DNA of 64,000 nt from Escherichia coli (GTDB taxonomy: Bacteria > Pseudomonadota > Gammaproteobacteria > Enterobacterales > Enterobacteriaceae). The translations under genes and the position numbers were made by a program. A model generated the notes under the pieces. It did no database searches, was not told the origin of the DNA, and saw nothing but the letters and a program-made list of their open reading frames with translations. Each line of letters opens with the position of its first letter. Positions within the stretch are counted from its first letter, which is position 1. Location of the stretch: the NCBI RefSeq assembly GCF_048403405.1, contig NZ_CP183129.1. The stretch is one strand, 5' to 3'. Shown one piece after another: positions 1-30,528 of the stretch.

Positions 1-91
1 ACCTCCGCTGTATTAATTTAGTTACCCGCATCATTAATGAGCCTGCCCTGAAAAGTTAACGACAGGCTCCTGAAAAGGAGTGTTTTTTTTC

Positions 92-1199
<1,108 letters not shown>

Positions 1200-1200
<1 letters not shown>

Positions 1201-1559
1201 TGAAACGAATTGCGTTTGTTTTTTCTACTGCGCCTCATGGTACAGCTGCAGGCCGGGAAGGTTTAGATGCTTTACTGGCAACTTCCGCATTAACTGACGA
1301 TCTGGCTGTCTTCTTTATAGCTGATGGCGTTTTTCAGCTGCTGCCAGGACAAAAGCCCGATGCAGTGCTGGCGCGTGATTACATTGCTACTTTTAAATTG
1401 TTGGGTCTGTACGACATTGAACAGTGCTGGGTTTGTGCGGCTTCACTGCGCGAACGCGGGTTAGATCCGCAGACACCCTTTGTTGTCGAAGCCACGCCGC
1501 TCGAAGCAGATGCCTTACGCCGCGAACTCGCCAACTACGATGTTATTTTGAGGTTTTGA
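1200..1559 (+). CDS. tusC: sulfurtransferase complex subunit TusC
   Basis: 119 aa; start overlaps tusD stop (translational coupling). Confidence 0.9.
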
Positions 1560-1566
1560 GGCGTTT

Positions 1567-1854
1567 ATGTTGCACACATTACATCGTTCACCCTGGCTGA
1601 CGGATTTTGCTGCGCTGCTGCGTCTGCTCAGTGAAGGCGACGAACTGCTGTTATTGCAAGATGGTGTAACTGCCGCAGTTGACGGTAACCGCTACCTTGA
1701 AAGTCTGCGTAATGCCCCCATTAAGGTCTATGCCCTGAACGAAGACCTTATTGCCCGCGGTTTGACTGGTCAAATTTCGAACGATATCATTCTCATTGAC
1801 TATACTGATTTCGTCAGACTTACGGTTAAGCACTCCAGCCAGATGGCCTGGTGA
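1567..1854 (+). CDS. tusB: sulfurtransferase complex subunit TusB
   Basis: 95 aa; third gene of tusDCB cluster. Confidence 0.9.
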   Translation: MLHTLHRSPWLTDFAALLRLLSEGDELLLLQDGVTAAVDGNRYLESLRNAPIKVYALNEDLIARGLTGQISNDIILIDYTDFVRLTVKHSSQMAW

Positions 1855-1875
1855 TGGCGGGATCGTTGTATATTT

Positions 1876-2354
<479 letters not shown>

Positions 2355-2435
2355 TGGTTCTCCGTTAAGTAAGGCCAAACGTTTTAACTTAAATGTCAAA
2401 CTAAACTCGTAGAGTTTTGGACAATCCTGAATTAA

Positions 2436-2921
<486 letters not shown>

Positions 2922-3005
2922 TCCCTTCGGAGTTTTAGTCACCAGGCGGGCGCTTCCAGTAAGCAGCCCGCTTTGGGCTACTTAAATTGAACGCCTAAAA
3001 GATAA

Positions 3006-5132
<2,127 letters not shown>

Positions 5133-5145
5133 GCCTAAGGGTTAA

Positions 5146-6387
<1,242 letters not shown>

Positions 6388-6411
6388 TTACACGTTAATT
6401 AGTTTCGAATT

Positions 6412-6438
6412 AAAAAGGGCGCTTCGGCGCCCTTTTTG
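6412..6438 (+). terminator. rho-independent terminator after tufA
   Basis: aaaaagggcgcttcggcgcccttttt perfect GC stem followed by T-run. Confidence 0.85.
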
Positions 6439-6569
6439 CTGCCCGTAATTTGAGCTCGAAATATTTAGTCGTAATTTCACTCGCTGAACTATGGCGCAAA
6501 TAAAACTGTGCTATTGTAATCATAACCATTCTCATTTACACTTTGCGCAGAATTTGAACGGGAGCAATC

Positions 6570-6764
6570 ATGTACGTTTGTTTGTGTAATGGTGTAAGTG
6601 ACAAAAAAATTCGCCAGGCAGTCCGTCAGTTTCATCCGCAATCTTTCCAACAATTGCGTAAGTTTATTCCTGTGGGAAATCAATGCGGTAAGTGCATTCG
6701 CGCCGCGCGCGAAGTGATGCAGGACGAGTTGATGCAGATGCCAGAATTTAAAGAGATTGCCTGA
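6570..6764 (+). CDS. bfd: bacterioferritin-associated ferredoxin
   Basis: 64 aa MYVCLCNGVSDKKIRQAV... with Cys ligands for [2Fe-2S]. Confidence 0.93.
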   Translation: MYVCLCNGVSDKKIRQAVRQFHPQSFQQLRKFIPVGNQCGKCIRAAREVMQDELMQMPEFKEIA

Positions 6765-6836
6765 AGCCCACGCTTATTTTTTGACATCCCGCTAGCCCCA
6801 TCTACGCTCTAATAGTGGAAGCGGAGGGACTATAAA

Positions 6837-7313
6837 ATGAAAGGTGATGTTAAAATCATAAATTATCTCAATAAACTATTGGGAAATGAGCTTGTCGCAA
6901 TCAATCAGTATTTTCTCCATGCCCGGATGTTTAAAAACTGGGGCCTGATGCGTCTCAATGACGTCGAATACCATGAATCTATCGATGAGATGAAACACGC
7001 TGATAAATATATCGAGCGTATTTTGTTTTTAGAAGGAATCCCCAACTTACAGGATTTAGGCAAACTGGGGATTGGTGAAGATGTCGAGGAGATGCTGCAA
7101 TCCGACCTGCGATTAGAACTGGAAGGCGCTAAGGATCTCCGTGAGGCTATCGCGTATGCCGACAGCGTTCATGACTATGTTAGCCGTGATATGATGATCG
7201 AGATCCTTGCCGATGAAGAAGGTCATATTGACTGGCTCGAAACTGAGCTGGATCTCATCGGTAAAATCGGTCTACAAAATTACCTGCAATCACAAATAAA
7301 AGTTAAAGATTAA
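6837..7313 (+). CDS. bfr: bacterioferritin
   Basis: 158 aa [37 protein letters not shown]... Confidence 0.96.
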   Translation: MKGDVKIINYLNKLLGNELVAINQYFLHARMFKNWGLMRLNDVEYHESIDEMKHADKYIERILFLEGIPNLQDLGKLGIGEDVEEMLQSDLRLELEGAKDLREAIAYADSVHDYVSRDMMIEILADEEGHIDWLETELDLIGKIGLQNYLQSQIKVKD

Positions 7314-7777
7314 CGGCCTGCCAGCAAACTATCCCAGCCTACAACGAAACCCGCAGCCGCCAGAAATGGCCCAAACGGCAGCGGGTTTTTTAATGACTCT
7401 TTTCCTCTCATGAGCAGACCAATAACTACGGCTCCGCAAGCGAATGAGGCAGCAAGGAAAACCAGTCGTGGCAAGAAGGTCCATGTATGCCAGGCACCAA
7501 GGGCGGCGAGAAACTTCACATCACCATAGCCTAATCCTTCTTTATGACGCAGTATGCGATACCCCCAGTAAATGACAGCGAATGTGCCGTAACCAATAAT
7601 CGCCCCCCATAACGCATCGGCTAAACCGTCAGGATTACAAACCTGATAGAACAAAAGACCTGACCAGAGTAACGGGCACGTAAATCTGTCAGGTAACAAG
7701 CCATGCTTTGCATCCCAGAAAAAAAGTAGGGCTGATAAACAAGCGTACAAAATCAGAAAGGGAAGGGTAGCGTCCAT
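7310..7777 (-). CDS. prepilin (type IV leader) peptidase A24 family, apparently N-terminally truncated (GspO/HofD-like remnant)
   Basis: 155 aa with the C-terminal A24 membrane domain motifs ([33 protein letters not shown]) but lacking the N-terminal Cys-rich domain; full-length homologs are ~225 aa. Confidence 0.6.
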   Translation of the reverse strand: MDATLPFLILYACLSALLFFWDAKHGLLPDRFTCPLLWSGLLFYQVCNPDGLADALWGAIIGYGTFAVIYWGYRILRHKEGLGYGDVKFLAALGAWHTWTFLPRLVFLAASFACGAVVIGLLMRGKESLKNPLPFGPFLAAAGFVVGWDSLLAGR

Positions 7778-7939
7778 AAAACATCCTCTGTAATTGGAGT
7801 ATCACCATCGAATAACTCCGGATGCTCAGCAACAGAGAAATCGCTGATTTGTTAACCTGGTTCCGGTGAAAAACGCTATCTTCACAACTTTACAAATTTC
7901 GTGGAATACAGCTCGCAATCTGCGCGTTGCGATTAATTT

Positions 7940-8467
<528 letters not shown>

Positions 8468-8487
8468 TCAGGTCATTGAGCGATTGA

Positions 8488-10883
<2,396 letters not shown>

Positions 10884-10896
10884 TTTTAGAGGATAA

Positions 10897-11178
<282 letters not shown>

Positions 11179-11183
11179 GGTAG

Positions 11184-13112
<1,929 letters not shown>

Positions 13113-13140
13113 TACAGTACGCTCTCTCGATACGAATAAA

Positions 13141-13168
13141 CGGCTCAGAAATGAGCCGTTTATTTTTC
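13141..13168 (+). terminator. S10 operon terminator
   Basis: cggctcagaaatgagccg hairpin followed by tttattttt. Confidence 0.8.
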
Positions 13169-13169
13169 T

Positions 13170-14526
<1,357 letters not shown>

Positions 14527-14537
14527 GGTAGGGTTAC

Positions 14538-14846
<309 letters not shown>

Positions 14847-14873
14847 TTGTCACCAATTGAATCACGGGAGTAA

Positions 14874-16181
<1,308 letters not shown>

Positions 16182-16186
16182 GGTAG

Positions 16187-17320
<1,134 letters not shown>

Positions 17321-17327
17321 GTAGCAG

Positions 17328-18807
<1,480 letters not shown>

Positions 18808-18809
18808 TT

Positions 18810-19310
<501 letters not shown>

Positions 19311-19323
19311 TCGGGGTGATTGA

Positions 19324-20370
<1,047 letters not shown>

Positions 20371-20395
20371 AGCTTAGTACCAAAGAGAGGACACA

Positions 20396-21385
20396 ATGCA
20401 GGGTTCTGTGACAGAGTTTCTAAAACCGCGCCTGGTTGATATCGAGCAAGTGAGTTCGACGCACGCCAAGGTGACCCTTGAGCCTTTAGAGCGTGGCTTT
20501 GGCCATACTCTGGGTAACGCACTGCGCCGTATTCTGCTCTCATCGATGCCGGGTTGCGCGGTGACCGAGGTTGAGATTGATGGTGTACTACATGAGTACA
20601 GCACCAAAGAAGGCGTTCAGGAAGATATCCTGGAAATCCTGCTCAACCTGAAAGGGCTGGCGGTGAGAGTTCAGGGCAAAGATGAAGTTATTCTTACCTT
20701 GAATAAATCTGGCATTGGCCCTGTGACTGCAGCCGATATCACCCACGACGGTGATGTCGAAATCGTCAAGCCGCAGCACGTGATCTGCCACCTGACCGAT
20801 GAGAACGCGTCTATTAGCATGCGTATCAAAGTTCAGCGCGGTCGTGGTTATGTGCCGGCTTCTACCCGAATTCATTCGGAAGAAGATGAGCGCCCAATCG
20901 GCCGTCTGCTGGTCGACGCATGCTACAGCCCTGTGGAGCGTATTGCCTACAATGTTGAAGCAGCGCGTGTAGAACAGCGTACCGACCTGGACAAGCTGGT
21001 CATCGAAATGGAAACCAACGGCACAATCGATCCTGAAGAGGCGATTCGTCGTGCGGCAACCATTCTGGCTGAACAACTGGAAGCTTTCGTTGATTTACGT
21101 GATGTACGTCAGCCTGAAGTGAAAGAAGAGAAACCAGAGTTCGATCCGATCCTGCTGCGCCCTGTTGACGATCTGGAATTGACTGTCCGCTCTGCTAACT
21201 GCCTTAAAGCAGAAGCTATCCACTATATCGGTGATCTGGTACAGCGTACCGAGGTTGAGCTCCTTAAAACGCCTAACCTTGGTAAAAAATCTCTTACTGA
21301 GATTAAAGACGTGCTGGCTTCCCGTGGACTGTCTCTGGGCATGCGCCTGGAAAACTGGCCACCGGCAAGCATCGCTGACGAGTAA
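20396..21385 (+). CDS. rpoA: DNA-directed RNA polymerase subunit alpha
   Basis: 329 aa [53 protein letters not shown]... Confidence 0.98.
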
Positions 21386-21401
21386 CCGGATCACAGGTTA
21401 A

Positions 21402-21809
<408 letters not shown>

Positions 21810-21822
21810 TCTGAAGCAACGT

Positions 21823-21849
21823 AAAAAAACCCGCCCCGGCGGGTTTTTT
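21823..21849 (+). terminator. alpha operon rho-independent terminator
   Basis: aaaaaaacccgccccggcgggttttttt: GC hairpin flanked by A-run and T-run. Confidence 0.9.
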
Positions 21850-21915
21850 TATACCCGTAGTATCCCCACTTATCTACAATAGCTGTACTCTTTTTGTTCA
21901 TCCCCTGGAGTATTT

Positions 21916-22284
21916 ATGTGGTTACTTGACCAGTGGGCAGAGCGTCATATTACTGAGGCACAATCCAAAGGTGAGTTTGATAATCTTCCGGGAAGTGGCG
22001 AGCCATTGATTCTGGATGATGATTCACACGTGCCACCGGAATTACGTGCGGGGTATCGCTTGCTGAAGAATGCCGGTTGCTTACCGCCAGAACTTGAGCA
22101 GCGGAGGGAAGCAATACAGCTTCTGGATATCCTCAAAGGTATCCGTCATGATGATCCGCAATATAAAGAGGTTAGTCGTCGATTGTCATTACTGGAATTG
22201 AAGCTGCGACAAGCTGGATTGAGTACCGATTTTTTACGCGGCGATTATGCTGACAAGTTGTTGGACAAAATCAACGATAACTAG
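21916..22284 (+). CDS. yhdN: DUF1992-family protein YhdN
   Basis: 122 aa; conserved position between rplQ and zntR. Confidence 0.8.
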   Translation: MWLLDQWAERHITEAQSKGEFDNLPGSGEPLILDDDSHVPPELRAGYRLLKNAGCLPPELEQRREAIQLLDILKGIRHDDPQYKEVSRRLSLLELKLRQAGLSTDFLRGDYADKLLDKINDN

Positions 22285-22294
22285 TGGAGTATGT

Positions 22295-22720
22295 ATGTAT
22301 CGCATTGGTGAGCTGGCAAAAATGGCAGAAGTAACACCCGACACGATTCGTTATTACGAAAAGCAGCAGATGATGGAGCATGAAGTGCGCACCGAAGGTG
22401 GGTTTCGCCTGTATACCGAAAGCGCTCTCCAGCGATTGAAATTTATCCGCCATGCCAGACAACTTGGTTTTAGTCTGGAGTCGATCCGCGAGTTGCTGTC
22501 GATCCGTATCGATCCTGAACACCATACTTGTCAGGAGTCAAAAGGCATTGTGCAGGAAAGATTGCAGGAAGTCGAAGCACGGATAGCCGAGTTGCAGAGT
22601 ATGCAGCGTTCCTTGCAACGCCTTAACGATGCCTGTTGTGGGACCGCCCATAGCAGTGTTTATTGCTCGATTCTTGAAGCTCTTGAACAAGGAGCGAGTG
22701 GCGTTAAGAGTGGCTGTTGA
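22295..22720 (+). CDS. zntR: MerR-family Zn(II)-responsive transcriptional regulator ZntR
   Basis: 141 aa from internal Met MYRIGELAKMAEVTPDTIRYYEKQQMM... with MerR HTH and C-terminal Cys cluster. Confidence 0.92.
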   Translation: MYRIGELAKMAEVTPDTIRYYEKQQMMEHEVRTEGGFRLYTESALQRLKFIRHARQLGFSLESIRELLSIRIDPEHHTCQESKGIVQERLQEVEARIAELQSMQRSLQRLNDACCGTAHSSVYCSILEALEQGASGVKSGC

Positions 22721-22775
22721 TTTTTTGCACTGACAGGATTACACTCGCGCCGTTAAATAACCAACTGGAGTTTTT

Positions 22776-22994
22776 ATGAGCCGATATCAGCATACTAAAG
22801 GGCAGATAAGGGATAATGCGATAGAAGCATTACTACATGATCCCTTATTCCGACAGCGAGTAGAGAAAAATAAGAAAGGGAAAGGCAGTTACATGCGAAA
22901 AGGAAAACATGGCAATCGGGGGAACTGGGAGGCCAGTGGCAAGAAAGTAAATCACTTTTTTACCACTGGCCTTCTGCTTTCAGGCGTTTGTTAA
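22776..22994 (+). CDS. arfA: alternative ribosome-rescue factor ArfA
   Basis: 72 aa [46 protein letters not shown]...; 3' end overlaps mscL stop convergently. Confidence 0.9.
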   Translation: MSRYQHTKGQIRDNAIEALLHDPLFRQRVEKNKKGKGSYMRKGKHGNRGNWEASGKKVNHFFTTGLLLSGVC

Positions 22995-23401
22995 GAGCGG
23001 TTATTCTGCTCTTTCAGCAAATCACGAATTTCTGTCAGTAATACTTCTTCTTTAGTTGGTGCTGGTGCGGCTGCTGGTTCTTCTTTTTTCCGATTCAGTT
23101 TGTTGATTAGCTTAATCGCCATAAAGATGGCAAAGGCCACAATCAGAAAATCAAAGACGTTTTGAATGAAGACACCGTAATGCATCACAACAGCAGGGAT
23201 ATCCCCCTGCGCATCGCGTAGCGTGACAGCAAACTGTTTAAAGTCGATCCCGCCAATTAATAAGCCCAGAGGTGGCATGATGATATCGGCAACCAGTGAA
23301 GATACAATCTTCCCGAATGCCGCACCGATAATGACACCCACCGCCAAATCCACCACGTTCCCGCGCATCGCAAATTCGCGAAATTCTTTAATAATGCTCA
23401 T
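22991..23401 (-). CDS. mscL: large-conductance mechanosensitive channel MscL
   Basis: 136 aa [46 protein letters not shown]... Confidence 0.97.
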
Positions 23402-23530
23402 GTTATTCTCCCTATGAAGCCGACAACCATAAGTCTAACAAATGTTAAGCCATTTTCCTGCCAGGAATGAATTTAATTAATCCTTGATAATCAAAGGGAA
23501 ATAATAAGGCGTCATTAGACGCCTTATTAA

Positions 23531-24907
23531 TTACAAGAAGAAAGGGCTTGGCTGGAAGAGTCTTTCGACGTCGGTAATAAACTTTTTATCTGTGAGGAAC
23601 ATAATTACGTGATCGCCTTGCTCAATGCGCAGATTGTCATTGGCAATCATCACGTCGTTTCCACGTACCACCGCTCCAATAATCGTTCCTGGCGGTAGCT
23701 TGATTTCATCAATGACTCTGCCGACAACGCGTGAGGTACTTTCATCACCGTGAGCAACGGCTTCAATAGCTTCTGCTACGCCGCGGCGCAATGAGGAAAC
23801 ACCAACAATATCTGCTTTTCGCACATGGCTAAGCAACGCGGAAATCGTTGCTTGTTGCGGTGAAATCGCAATATCGATCACGCTCCCCTGAACCAGATCC
23901 ACATAAGCGCGACGCTGGATCAATACCATCACCTTTTTCGCACCCATACGTTTGGCGAGCATGGCTGACATGATATTGGCCTCGTCATCGTTGGTGACGG
24001 CAATAAACAGATCAACTTGATCGATATGTTCTTCGGCCAGCAGTTCTTGATCCGACGCATCACCAAAAAAGACGATCGTATTCTGCAACTTTTCCGCCAG
24101 TTCGGCAGCGCGTTGCTGATTACGTTCGATGAGTTTAACGCTGTAATCTTTTTCCAGACGACGCGCCAGCCCTGCACCGATATTACCGCCACCAACCAGC
24201 ATGATCCGCTTATACGGTTTTTCCAGTCGCTGTAATTCACTCATCACCGCGCGGATATGCTGTGAAGCGGCAATAAAGAACACTTCATCACCAGCTTCAA
24301 CAATGGTCGAACCTTGCGGACGAATGGGGCGATCGTGGCGGAAAATTGCTGCCACACGAGTATCGATATGTGGCATATGTTCGCGCATGGTCGAAAGTGC
24401 ATTACCAATCAGCGGGCCGCCATAATAGGCTTTAACCACAGCGAGGCTGACTTTACCCTCAGCGAAGTTCACCACCTGCAATGCGCCGGGATACTCAATC
24501 AGTCGGTAAATATTATCGATAACCAACTGCTCTGGTGCGATCAGATGATCAATCGGTACAGCATCTGAATGAAATAGCTTATCGGCATCGCGCACGTAGT
24601 CTGGTGAGCGGATACGAGCGATGCGATTAGGGGTGTTGAAAAGTGAGTAGGCTACCTGGCAGGCAACCATATTGGTTTCATCTGAACTGGTTACAGCAAC
24701 CAGCATATCGGCGTCGTCGGCACCTGCCTCCCGCAATACGCGTGGATGAGAGCCATGCCCCTGCACGACTCGCAGGTCAAATTTATCCTGCAAGGTCCGC
24801 AGACGCTCACCGTTGGTATCGACAACAGTAATATCGTTGTTCTCGCCAACCAGGTTTTCCGCCAGTGTGCCGCCAACCTGGCCGGCACCCAGAATGATAA
24901 TTTTCAT
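23531..24907 (-). CDS. trkA: Trk potassium uptake system NAD-binding protein TrkA
   Basis: 458 aa with two Rossmann GxGxxG motifs ([16 protein letters not shown]..., [13 protein letters not shown]...). Confidence 0.97.
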   Translation of the reverse strand: MKIIILGAGQVGGTLAENLVGENNDITVVDTNGERLRTLQDKFDLRVVQGHGSHPRVLREAGADDADMLVAVTSSDETNMVACQVAYSLFNTPNRIARIRSPDYVRDADKLFHSDAVPIDHLIAPEQLVIDNIYRLIEYPGALQVVNFAEGKVSLAVVKAYYGGPLIGNALSTMREHMPHIDTRVAAIFRHDRPIRPQGSTIVEAGDEVFFIAASQHIRAVMSELQRLEKPYKRIMLVGGGNIGAGLARRLEKDYSVKLIERNQQRAAELAEKLQNTIVFFGDASDQELLAEEHIDQVDLFIAVTNDDEANIMSAMLAKRMGAKKVMVLIQRRAYVDLVQGSVIDIAISPQQATISALLSHVRKADIVGVSSLRRGVAEAIEAVAHGDESTSRVVGRVIDEIKLPPGTIIGAVVRGNDVMIANDNLRIEQGDHVIMFLTDKKFITDVERLFQPSPFFL

Positions 24908-24928
24908 CAGTCGCGACCCGTTATCTCA

Positions 24929-26218
24929 TCACTTTTTGATTAGCTTAGCGTAAAAGAAGCCGTCGCCCTCTTCGGCACCAGGCAGATTTTGCTTACCCGG
25001 TTGTTCTGGTGTTCCTGTTTCGCAAAGTTCGGCATCAGCGGTACGTTGCAAAAAGGCTTTAATCTGCAGGCTATTCTCTTCCGGTAACACCGAACAGGTG
25101 GCATAGACCAGGGTTCCACCGGATTTTAAATGCGGCCAAATGGCGTCGAGAATTTCAGACTGCAATTGCGCGAGTTCCGGGATATCGCGATCGCGACGTA
25201 ACCATTTAATATCCGGATGGCGACGAATCACACCGGTTGCTGAACAAGGCGCATCTAATAAAATGCGATCAAACTGTTGCTCGCCACACCATTGGGAAGG
25301 GTAGCGGCCATCACCTTGTTTCACGGTCGCCTTCATACCAAGGCGTTTTAAATTGTCGTAAACGCGAGAGAGGCGCTGTTCGTCAATATCAACCGCAACA
25401 ACCTGCGCTTCTGGTGCCACCTCAAGGATATGCGTTGTTTTACCGCCGGGGGCGGCACAAAGATCCAAAATGTGTTCACCGTTTTGTGGCGCAAGCCAGC
25501 TCATGCAACCTTGTGCTGATGCATCCTGAACGGTAACCCATCCGTCTTCAAAACCAGGTAGCGCATGAACAGGTGCAGGTGTTTCCAGCCGTACAGCATC
25601 AGGGTAATCCGCATGCGGGAAACCTTTCATTCCTGCTTCATCCAGCAATGCAAGCCAGCTGTCGCGGGAATGATGCGTACGATTAACGCGCAGCCACATT
25701 GGCGGACGCTGGTTATTGGCTTCGACGATGGATTGCCACTGCTCTGGATACGCTTTTTGCAGACGCTTCAGCAACCAGGAAGGATGCAGATAACGTGCAT
25801 CACTGGCATTAAACTCGGCTAATAACTCTTCTTGCTGACGCTGGAACTGGCGTAATACACCGTTTATCAACCCTTTAAGTTGCGGGCGCTTAATTGCGAT
25901 AGCGCCTTCAACCGTTTCAGCCAGCGCAGCATGAGGTGGTATGCGGGTATAAAGCAGTTGATACAAACCAACCATAATCAGGTAATGCACAGTGCGCTGT
26001 TTGCCGGTCATCGGACGGGCCATTAACTTATTAATCAGCCAGTCTAACTGTGAAAGCGTACGCAGTACGCCAAAGCACAACTCTTGAAGAAGTGCTTTGT
26101 CTTTATCGGAAACTTTTTGCTGGAGCGGTGGCAGAATGTTGCTTAATGATTGCCCTTGCTCGACGACTTGTTCAACGGCCTGGGCCGCCATGCTACGTAA
26201 ATTACGTTGTTTTTTCAT
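24929..26218 (-). CDS. rsmB: 16S rRNA m5C967 methyltransferase RsmB
   Basis: ORF 24929-26239; start placed at internal Met [25 protein letters not shown]... giving 429 aa; SAM-MTase motifs. Confidence 0.93.
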   Translation of the reverse strand: MKKQRNLRSMAAQAVEQVVEQGQSLSNILPPLQQKVSDKDKALLQELCFGVLRTLSQLDWLINKLMARPMTGKQRTVHYLIMVGLYQLLYTRIPPHAALAETVEGAIAIKRPQLKGLINGVLRQFQRQQEELLAEFNASDARYLHPSWLLKRLQKAYPEQWQSIVEANNQRPPMWLRVNRTHHSRDSWLALLDEAGMKGFPHADYPDAVRLETPAPVHALPGFEDGWVTVQDASAQGCMSWLAPQNGEHILDLCAAPGGKTTHILEVAPEAQVVAVDIDEQRLSRVYDNLKRLGMKATVKQGDGRYPSQWCGEQQFDRILLDAPCSATGVIRRHPDIKWLRRDRDIPELAQLQSEILDAIWPHLKSGGTLVYATCSVLPEENSLQIKAFLQRTADAELCETGTPEQPGKQNLPGAEEGDGFFYAKLIKK

Positions 26219-26263
26219 AAGTATAAAAATGCCCGGCAAGACCGGGCTTAGAAGAGTGGACTA

Positions 26264-27211
26264 TCAGACCAGACGGTTGCCCGGAACAAACCATTCCCGA
26301 CGAGAGTTCAGGAGGTCTTGCGCGCTCATCGCTTTCTTACCCGCAGGTTGTAACGAGAGCAGGTTCAGGATGCCATCACCAGTCGCAACCTGAATGCCTT
26401 GTTTGTTGGCTTCAAGGATCGTTCCTGGTGCAGCGTTGGTTGTCGTATCAATGACCGATGCTTTCCAGACTTTAACCGGCTGTCCTTCAATTTCCAGCCA
26501 GCTCATTGGCCATGGATTGAAAGCGCGAATGCAGCGTTCAAGCTGTGCTGCCGAAAGTGACCAGTCAATACGCGCTTCTTCTTTACTCAACTTTTCGGCG
26601 TAAGTGACAAGAGTTTCGTCCTGAACTTCTGGTTTCGCCGTGCCGTCTGCCAATTGTTTCAACGTGGTGATAAGCCCTTGTGGGCCAAGCTCTGCCAGCT
26701 TGTCGTACAGCGTACCACTGGTATCTTCTGCAGTAATCGGGCAGGAGAGCTTATAGAGCATGTCACCGGTGTCTAAACCAACATCCATTTGCATAATGGT
26801 CACACCAGTTTCTGCATCACCCGCCCATAGTGAGCGTTGGATTGGTGCAGCACCGCGCCAGCGTGGCAGCAGTGAACCATGAACGTTGATACAGCCAAGA
26901 CGCGGCATCTCCAGCACTGCTTTAGGCAGAATTAAGCCATAGGCGACGACAACCATAACATCAGCCTGTAGATCGGCGACCAGTTGCTGGTTTTCTTGTG
27001 GACGCAGGGAAACCGGTTGAAAAACGGGCAGACCTTTTTCCTCAGCCAGAACTTTAACCGGGCTGGGCATCAGTTTTTTACCGCGTCCTGCTGGTCGGTC
27101 TGGCTGGGTGAACACGCCAACGACGTTATGACCAGAAGACAACAGCGCGTCGAGATGACGCGCTGCAAAGTCAGGTGTACCCGCAAAAATAATACGTAGT
27201 GATTCTGACAC
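26264..27211 (-). CDS. fmt: methionyl-tRNA formyltransferase
   Basis: 315 aa [46 protein letters not shown]... Confidence 0.97.
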   Translation of the reverse strand: MSESLRIIFAGTPDFAARHLDALLSSGHNVVGVFTQPDRPAGRGKKLMPSPVKVLAEEKGLPVFQPVSLRPQENQQLVADLQADVMVVVAYGLILPKAVLEMPRLGCINVHGSLLPRWRGAAPIQRSLWAGDAETGVTIMQMDVGLDTGDMLYKLSCPITAEDTSGTLYDKLAELGPQGLITTLKQLADGTAKPEVQDETLVTYAEKLSKEEARIDWSLSAAQLERCIRAFNPWPMSWLEIEGQPVKVWKASVIDTTTNAAPGTILEANKQGIQVATGDGILNLLSLQPAGKKAMSAQDLLNSRREWFVPGNRLV

Positions 27212-27225
27212 GTTAGTTCTTATCC

Positions 27226-27735
27226 TTAAGCCCGGGCTTTCAGACGATCCAGTTTTTCAACTTTCTGACGAATACGTTGTTGTTTCAGCGGTGACAGATA
27301 ATCCATAAACAGTTTGCCGACCAGGTGATCCATCTCATGCTGAATACAGATGGCTAACAGACCGTCTGCTTCCAGTTCAAATGGTTTACCGTCGCGGTCC
27401 AGGGCGCGAATTTTAACTTTCTCTGCGCGTGGCACTAAAGCACGTTGTTCAGGGATCGACAGGCAACCTTCTTCAATGCCTGTTTCGCCGCTTTTTTCTA
27501 AAAGCTCCGGATTGATTAACACCAGCCGTTCGTCACGGTTTTCCGAAACATCAATAACAATGATACGTTGATGGATATCAACCTGGGTTGCCGCCAGGCC
27601 AATACCTTCTTCTGCGTACATCGTCTCGAACATATCATCGACGATACGCTGAATTTCTGCATTCACTTCTTCTACCGGTTTAGCAACTTTGCGAAGCCGC
27701 TCGTCCGGAATATGTAACACTTGCAAAACTGACAT
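27226..27735 (-). CDS. def: peptide deformylase
   Basis: 169 aa with [14 protein letters not shown] and HEMDH metal-binding motifs. Confidence 0.98.
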
Positions 27736-27864
27736 AAATCTCCAGAGATGTGTTCAGGAGTTAGAAAGATTATTTCTTCTATTCTAGACAAATCCCCCTC
27801 TGATTGACAGCATCACTGACCAATCGCAAAGATTGCTAAGGCTGCTTATGGCAGGGAGATAAGG

Positions 27865-28989
27865 ATGGTCGATACAGAAATTTGGCTGCGTTTAATGAGC
27901 ATCAGCAGCTTGTACGGCGATGATATGGTCCGTATAGCTCACTGGCTGGCAAAACAGTCGTATATTGATGCGGTTGTATTGCAGCAAACAGGGCTTACAT
28001 TGCGGCAGGCACAACGCTTTCTTTCATTTCCGCGAAAGAGTATCGAAAGCTCACTTTGTTGGTTGGAGCAACCCAACCATCATTTAATCCCTGCGGACAG
28101 CGAATTTTATCCTCCTCAACTTCTTGCGACGACAGATTACCCCGGCGCACTGTTTGTTGAAGGAGAACTGCACGCGCTGCATTCATTTCAGCTTGCCGTA
28201 GTGGGGAGTCGGGCGCATTCATGGTATGGCGAGCGATGGGGACGATTATTTTGCGAAACTCTGGCGACGCGTGGAGTGACAATTACGAGTGGACTGGCGC
28301 GTGGAATCGATGGTGTGGCGCATAAAGCGGCCTTACAGGTAAATGGCGTCAGCATTGCTGTATTAGGGAATGGACTTAATACCATTCATCCGCGTCGCCA
28401 TGCCCGACTGGCTACCAGTTTGCTTGAACATGGTGGGGCTCTTGTCTCGGAATTTCCCCTCGATGTTCCTCCCCTTGCTTACAATTTCCCACGAAGAAAT
28501 CGCATTATCAGTGGTCTAAGTAAAGGTGTACTGGTGGTGGAAGCGGCTTTGCGCAGTGGTTCGCTGGTGACAGCACGTTGTGCGCTTGAGCAGGGACGTG
28601 AAGTTTTTGCCTTGCCGGGTCCATTAGGGAATCCGGGAAGCGAAGGGCCTCACTGGTTAATAAAACAAGGTGCGATTCTTGTGACGGAACCGGAAGAAAT
28701 TCTGGAAAACTTGCAATTTGGATTGCACTGGTTGCCAGACGCCCCTGAAAATTCATTTTATTCACCAGATCAGGAAGACGTGGCATTGCCATTTCCTGAG
28801 CTCCTGGCTAACGTAGGAGATGAGGTAACACCTGTTGACGTCGTCGCTGAACGTGCCGGCCAACCTGTGCCAGAGGTAGTAACTCAACTACTCGAACTGG
28901 AGTTAGCAGGATGGATCGCAGCTGTACCCGGCGGCTATGTCCGATTGAGGAGGGCATGCCATGTTCGACGTACTAATGTATTTGTTTGA
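27865..28989 (+). CDS. dprA: DNA processing protein DprA (Smf)
   Basis: 374 aa with Rossmann-like DprA core; divergent from def-fmt as in E. coli. Confidence 0.92.
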
Positions 28990-29434
28990 AACCTATATTC
29001 ACACAGAAGCTGAGTTGCGTGTGGATCAAGACAAACTTGAACAGGATCTTACCGACGCAGGATTTGATCGAGAAGATATCTACAATGCCCTGCTTTGGCT
29101 GGAAAAGCTTGCGGATTATCAGGAAGGACTGGCAGAACCGATGCAACTGGCCTCTGATCCACTCTCCATGCGTATTTATACCCCTGAAGAGTGTGAAAGG
29201 CTGGATGCCAGCTGTCGTGGTTTTCTGCTTTTCCTTGAGCAAATTCAGGTGCTTAACCTTGAAACCCGTGAAATGGTGATAGAGCGAGTGCTCGCGCTGG
29301 ATACCGCAGAGTTCGACCTGGAAGACCTGAAATGGGTAATCCTGATGGTGTTGTTCAATATTCCGGGCTGCGAAAATGCGTACCAGCAAATGGAAGAATT
29401 ACTCTTTGAAGTGAATGAAGGTATGCTGCATTAA
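28961..29434 (+). CDS. smg: Smg protein (DUF494)
   Basis: 157 aa [35 protein letters not shown]... Confidence 0.9.
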
Positions 29435-29462
29435 TCATTTCTTTAATTCAGCATAAGTTGTT

Positions 29463-30005
29463 ATGGCAAAATCAGCACTGTTCACGGTGCGTAATAATGA
29501 GTCCTGCCCAAAGTGCGGGGCTGAACTGGTTATTCGATCCGGGAAACACGGTCCGTTTCTTGGATGCTCACAGTATCCGGCGTGTGACTACGTCCGTCCT
29601 CTGAAATCTTCAGCGGATGGACATATCGTCAAAGTTCTGGAGGGGCAGGTTTGCCCTGCATGTGGCGCAAATCTGGTATTACGCCAGGGACGCTTTGGTA
29701 TGTTTATTGGTTGCAGTAACTACCCTGAATGCGAACATACCGAACTTATCGATAAACCGGACGAAACAGCAATTACATGCCCCCAATGCCGGACGGGCCA
29801 TCTGGTCCAGCGCCGCTCCCGTTATGGCAAAACGTTTCACTCCTGTGATCGCTACCCGGAGTGTCAATTTGCCATTAACTTCAAACCCATAGCTGGAGAA
29901 TGCCCTGAGTGTCATTATCCGCTACTCATCGAAAAGAAAACCGCGCAGGGTGTAAAACACTTTTGTGCCAGTAAACAATGTGGAAAGCCGGTTTCGGCGG
30001 AATAA
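29463..30005 (+). CDS. yrdD: topoisomerase-type C4 zinc-finger DNA-binding protein YrdD
   Basis: 180 aa with repeated CPxCG...C motifs (four zinc-ribbon units). Confidence 0.88.
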   Translation: MAKSALFTVRNNESCPKCGAELVIRSGKHGPFLGCSQYPACDYVRPLKSSADGHIVKVLEGQVCPACGANLVLRQGRFGMFIGCSNYPECEHTELIDKPDETAITCPQCRTGHLVQRRSRYGKTFHSCDRYPECQFAINFKPIAGECPECHYPLLIEKKTAQGVKHFCASKQCGKPVSAE

Positions 30006-30009
30006 TAAC

Positions 30010-30528
30010 GTGAATAATAACCTGCAAGGAGACGCTATCGCAGCTGCGATAGATGTTCTCAATGAAGAACGTGTCATCGCCTATCCAACGGAAGCCGTTT
30101 TCGGTGTTGGGTGTGATCCTGATAGCGAAATAGCAGTGATGAGACTGTTGGAGTTAAAACAGCGTCCGGTTGATAAGGGGCTGATTTTAATCGCAGCAAA
30201 TTACGAGCAGCTTAAACCCTATATTGATGACACCATGCTGACTGATGCGCAGCGTGAAACCATTTTTTCCCGCTGGCCAGGTCCTGTCACCTTTGTCTTT
30301 CCCGCGCCTGCGACAACACCGCGCTGGTTGACGGGCCGCTTTGATTCGCTTGCTGTACGAGTCACCGACCATCCGTTGGTGGTTGCTTTGTGCCAGGCTT
30401 ATGGTAAACCGCTGGTTTCTACCAGTGCCAACTTGAGTGGATTGCCACCTTGTCGAACAGTAGACGAAGTTCGCGCACAATTTGGCGCGGCGTTCCCGGT
30501 TGTGCCTGGTGAAACGGGGGGCGTTTAA
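30010..30528 (+). CDS. tsaC: tRNA threonylcarbamoyladenosine biosynthesis protein TsaC (YrdC), C-terminus apparently truncated by a frameshift in a G-run
   Basis: GTG start giving [39 protein letters not shown]...; ORF stops after GETGGV, while the +1 frame continues with a plausible 18-aa tail ending at 30578 just before the aroE start. Confidence 0.85.
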   Translation: MNNNLQGDAIAAAIDVLNEERVIAYPTEAVFGVGCDPDSEIAVMRLLELKQRPVDKGLILIAANYEQLKPYIDDTMLTDAQRETIFSRWPGPVTFVFPAPATTPRWLTGRFDSLAVRVTDHPLVVALCQAYGKPLVSTSANLSGLPPCRTVDEVRAQFGAAFPVVPGETGGV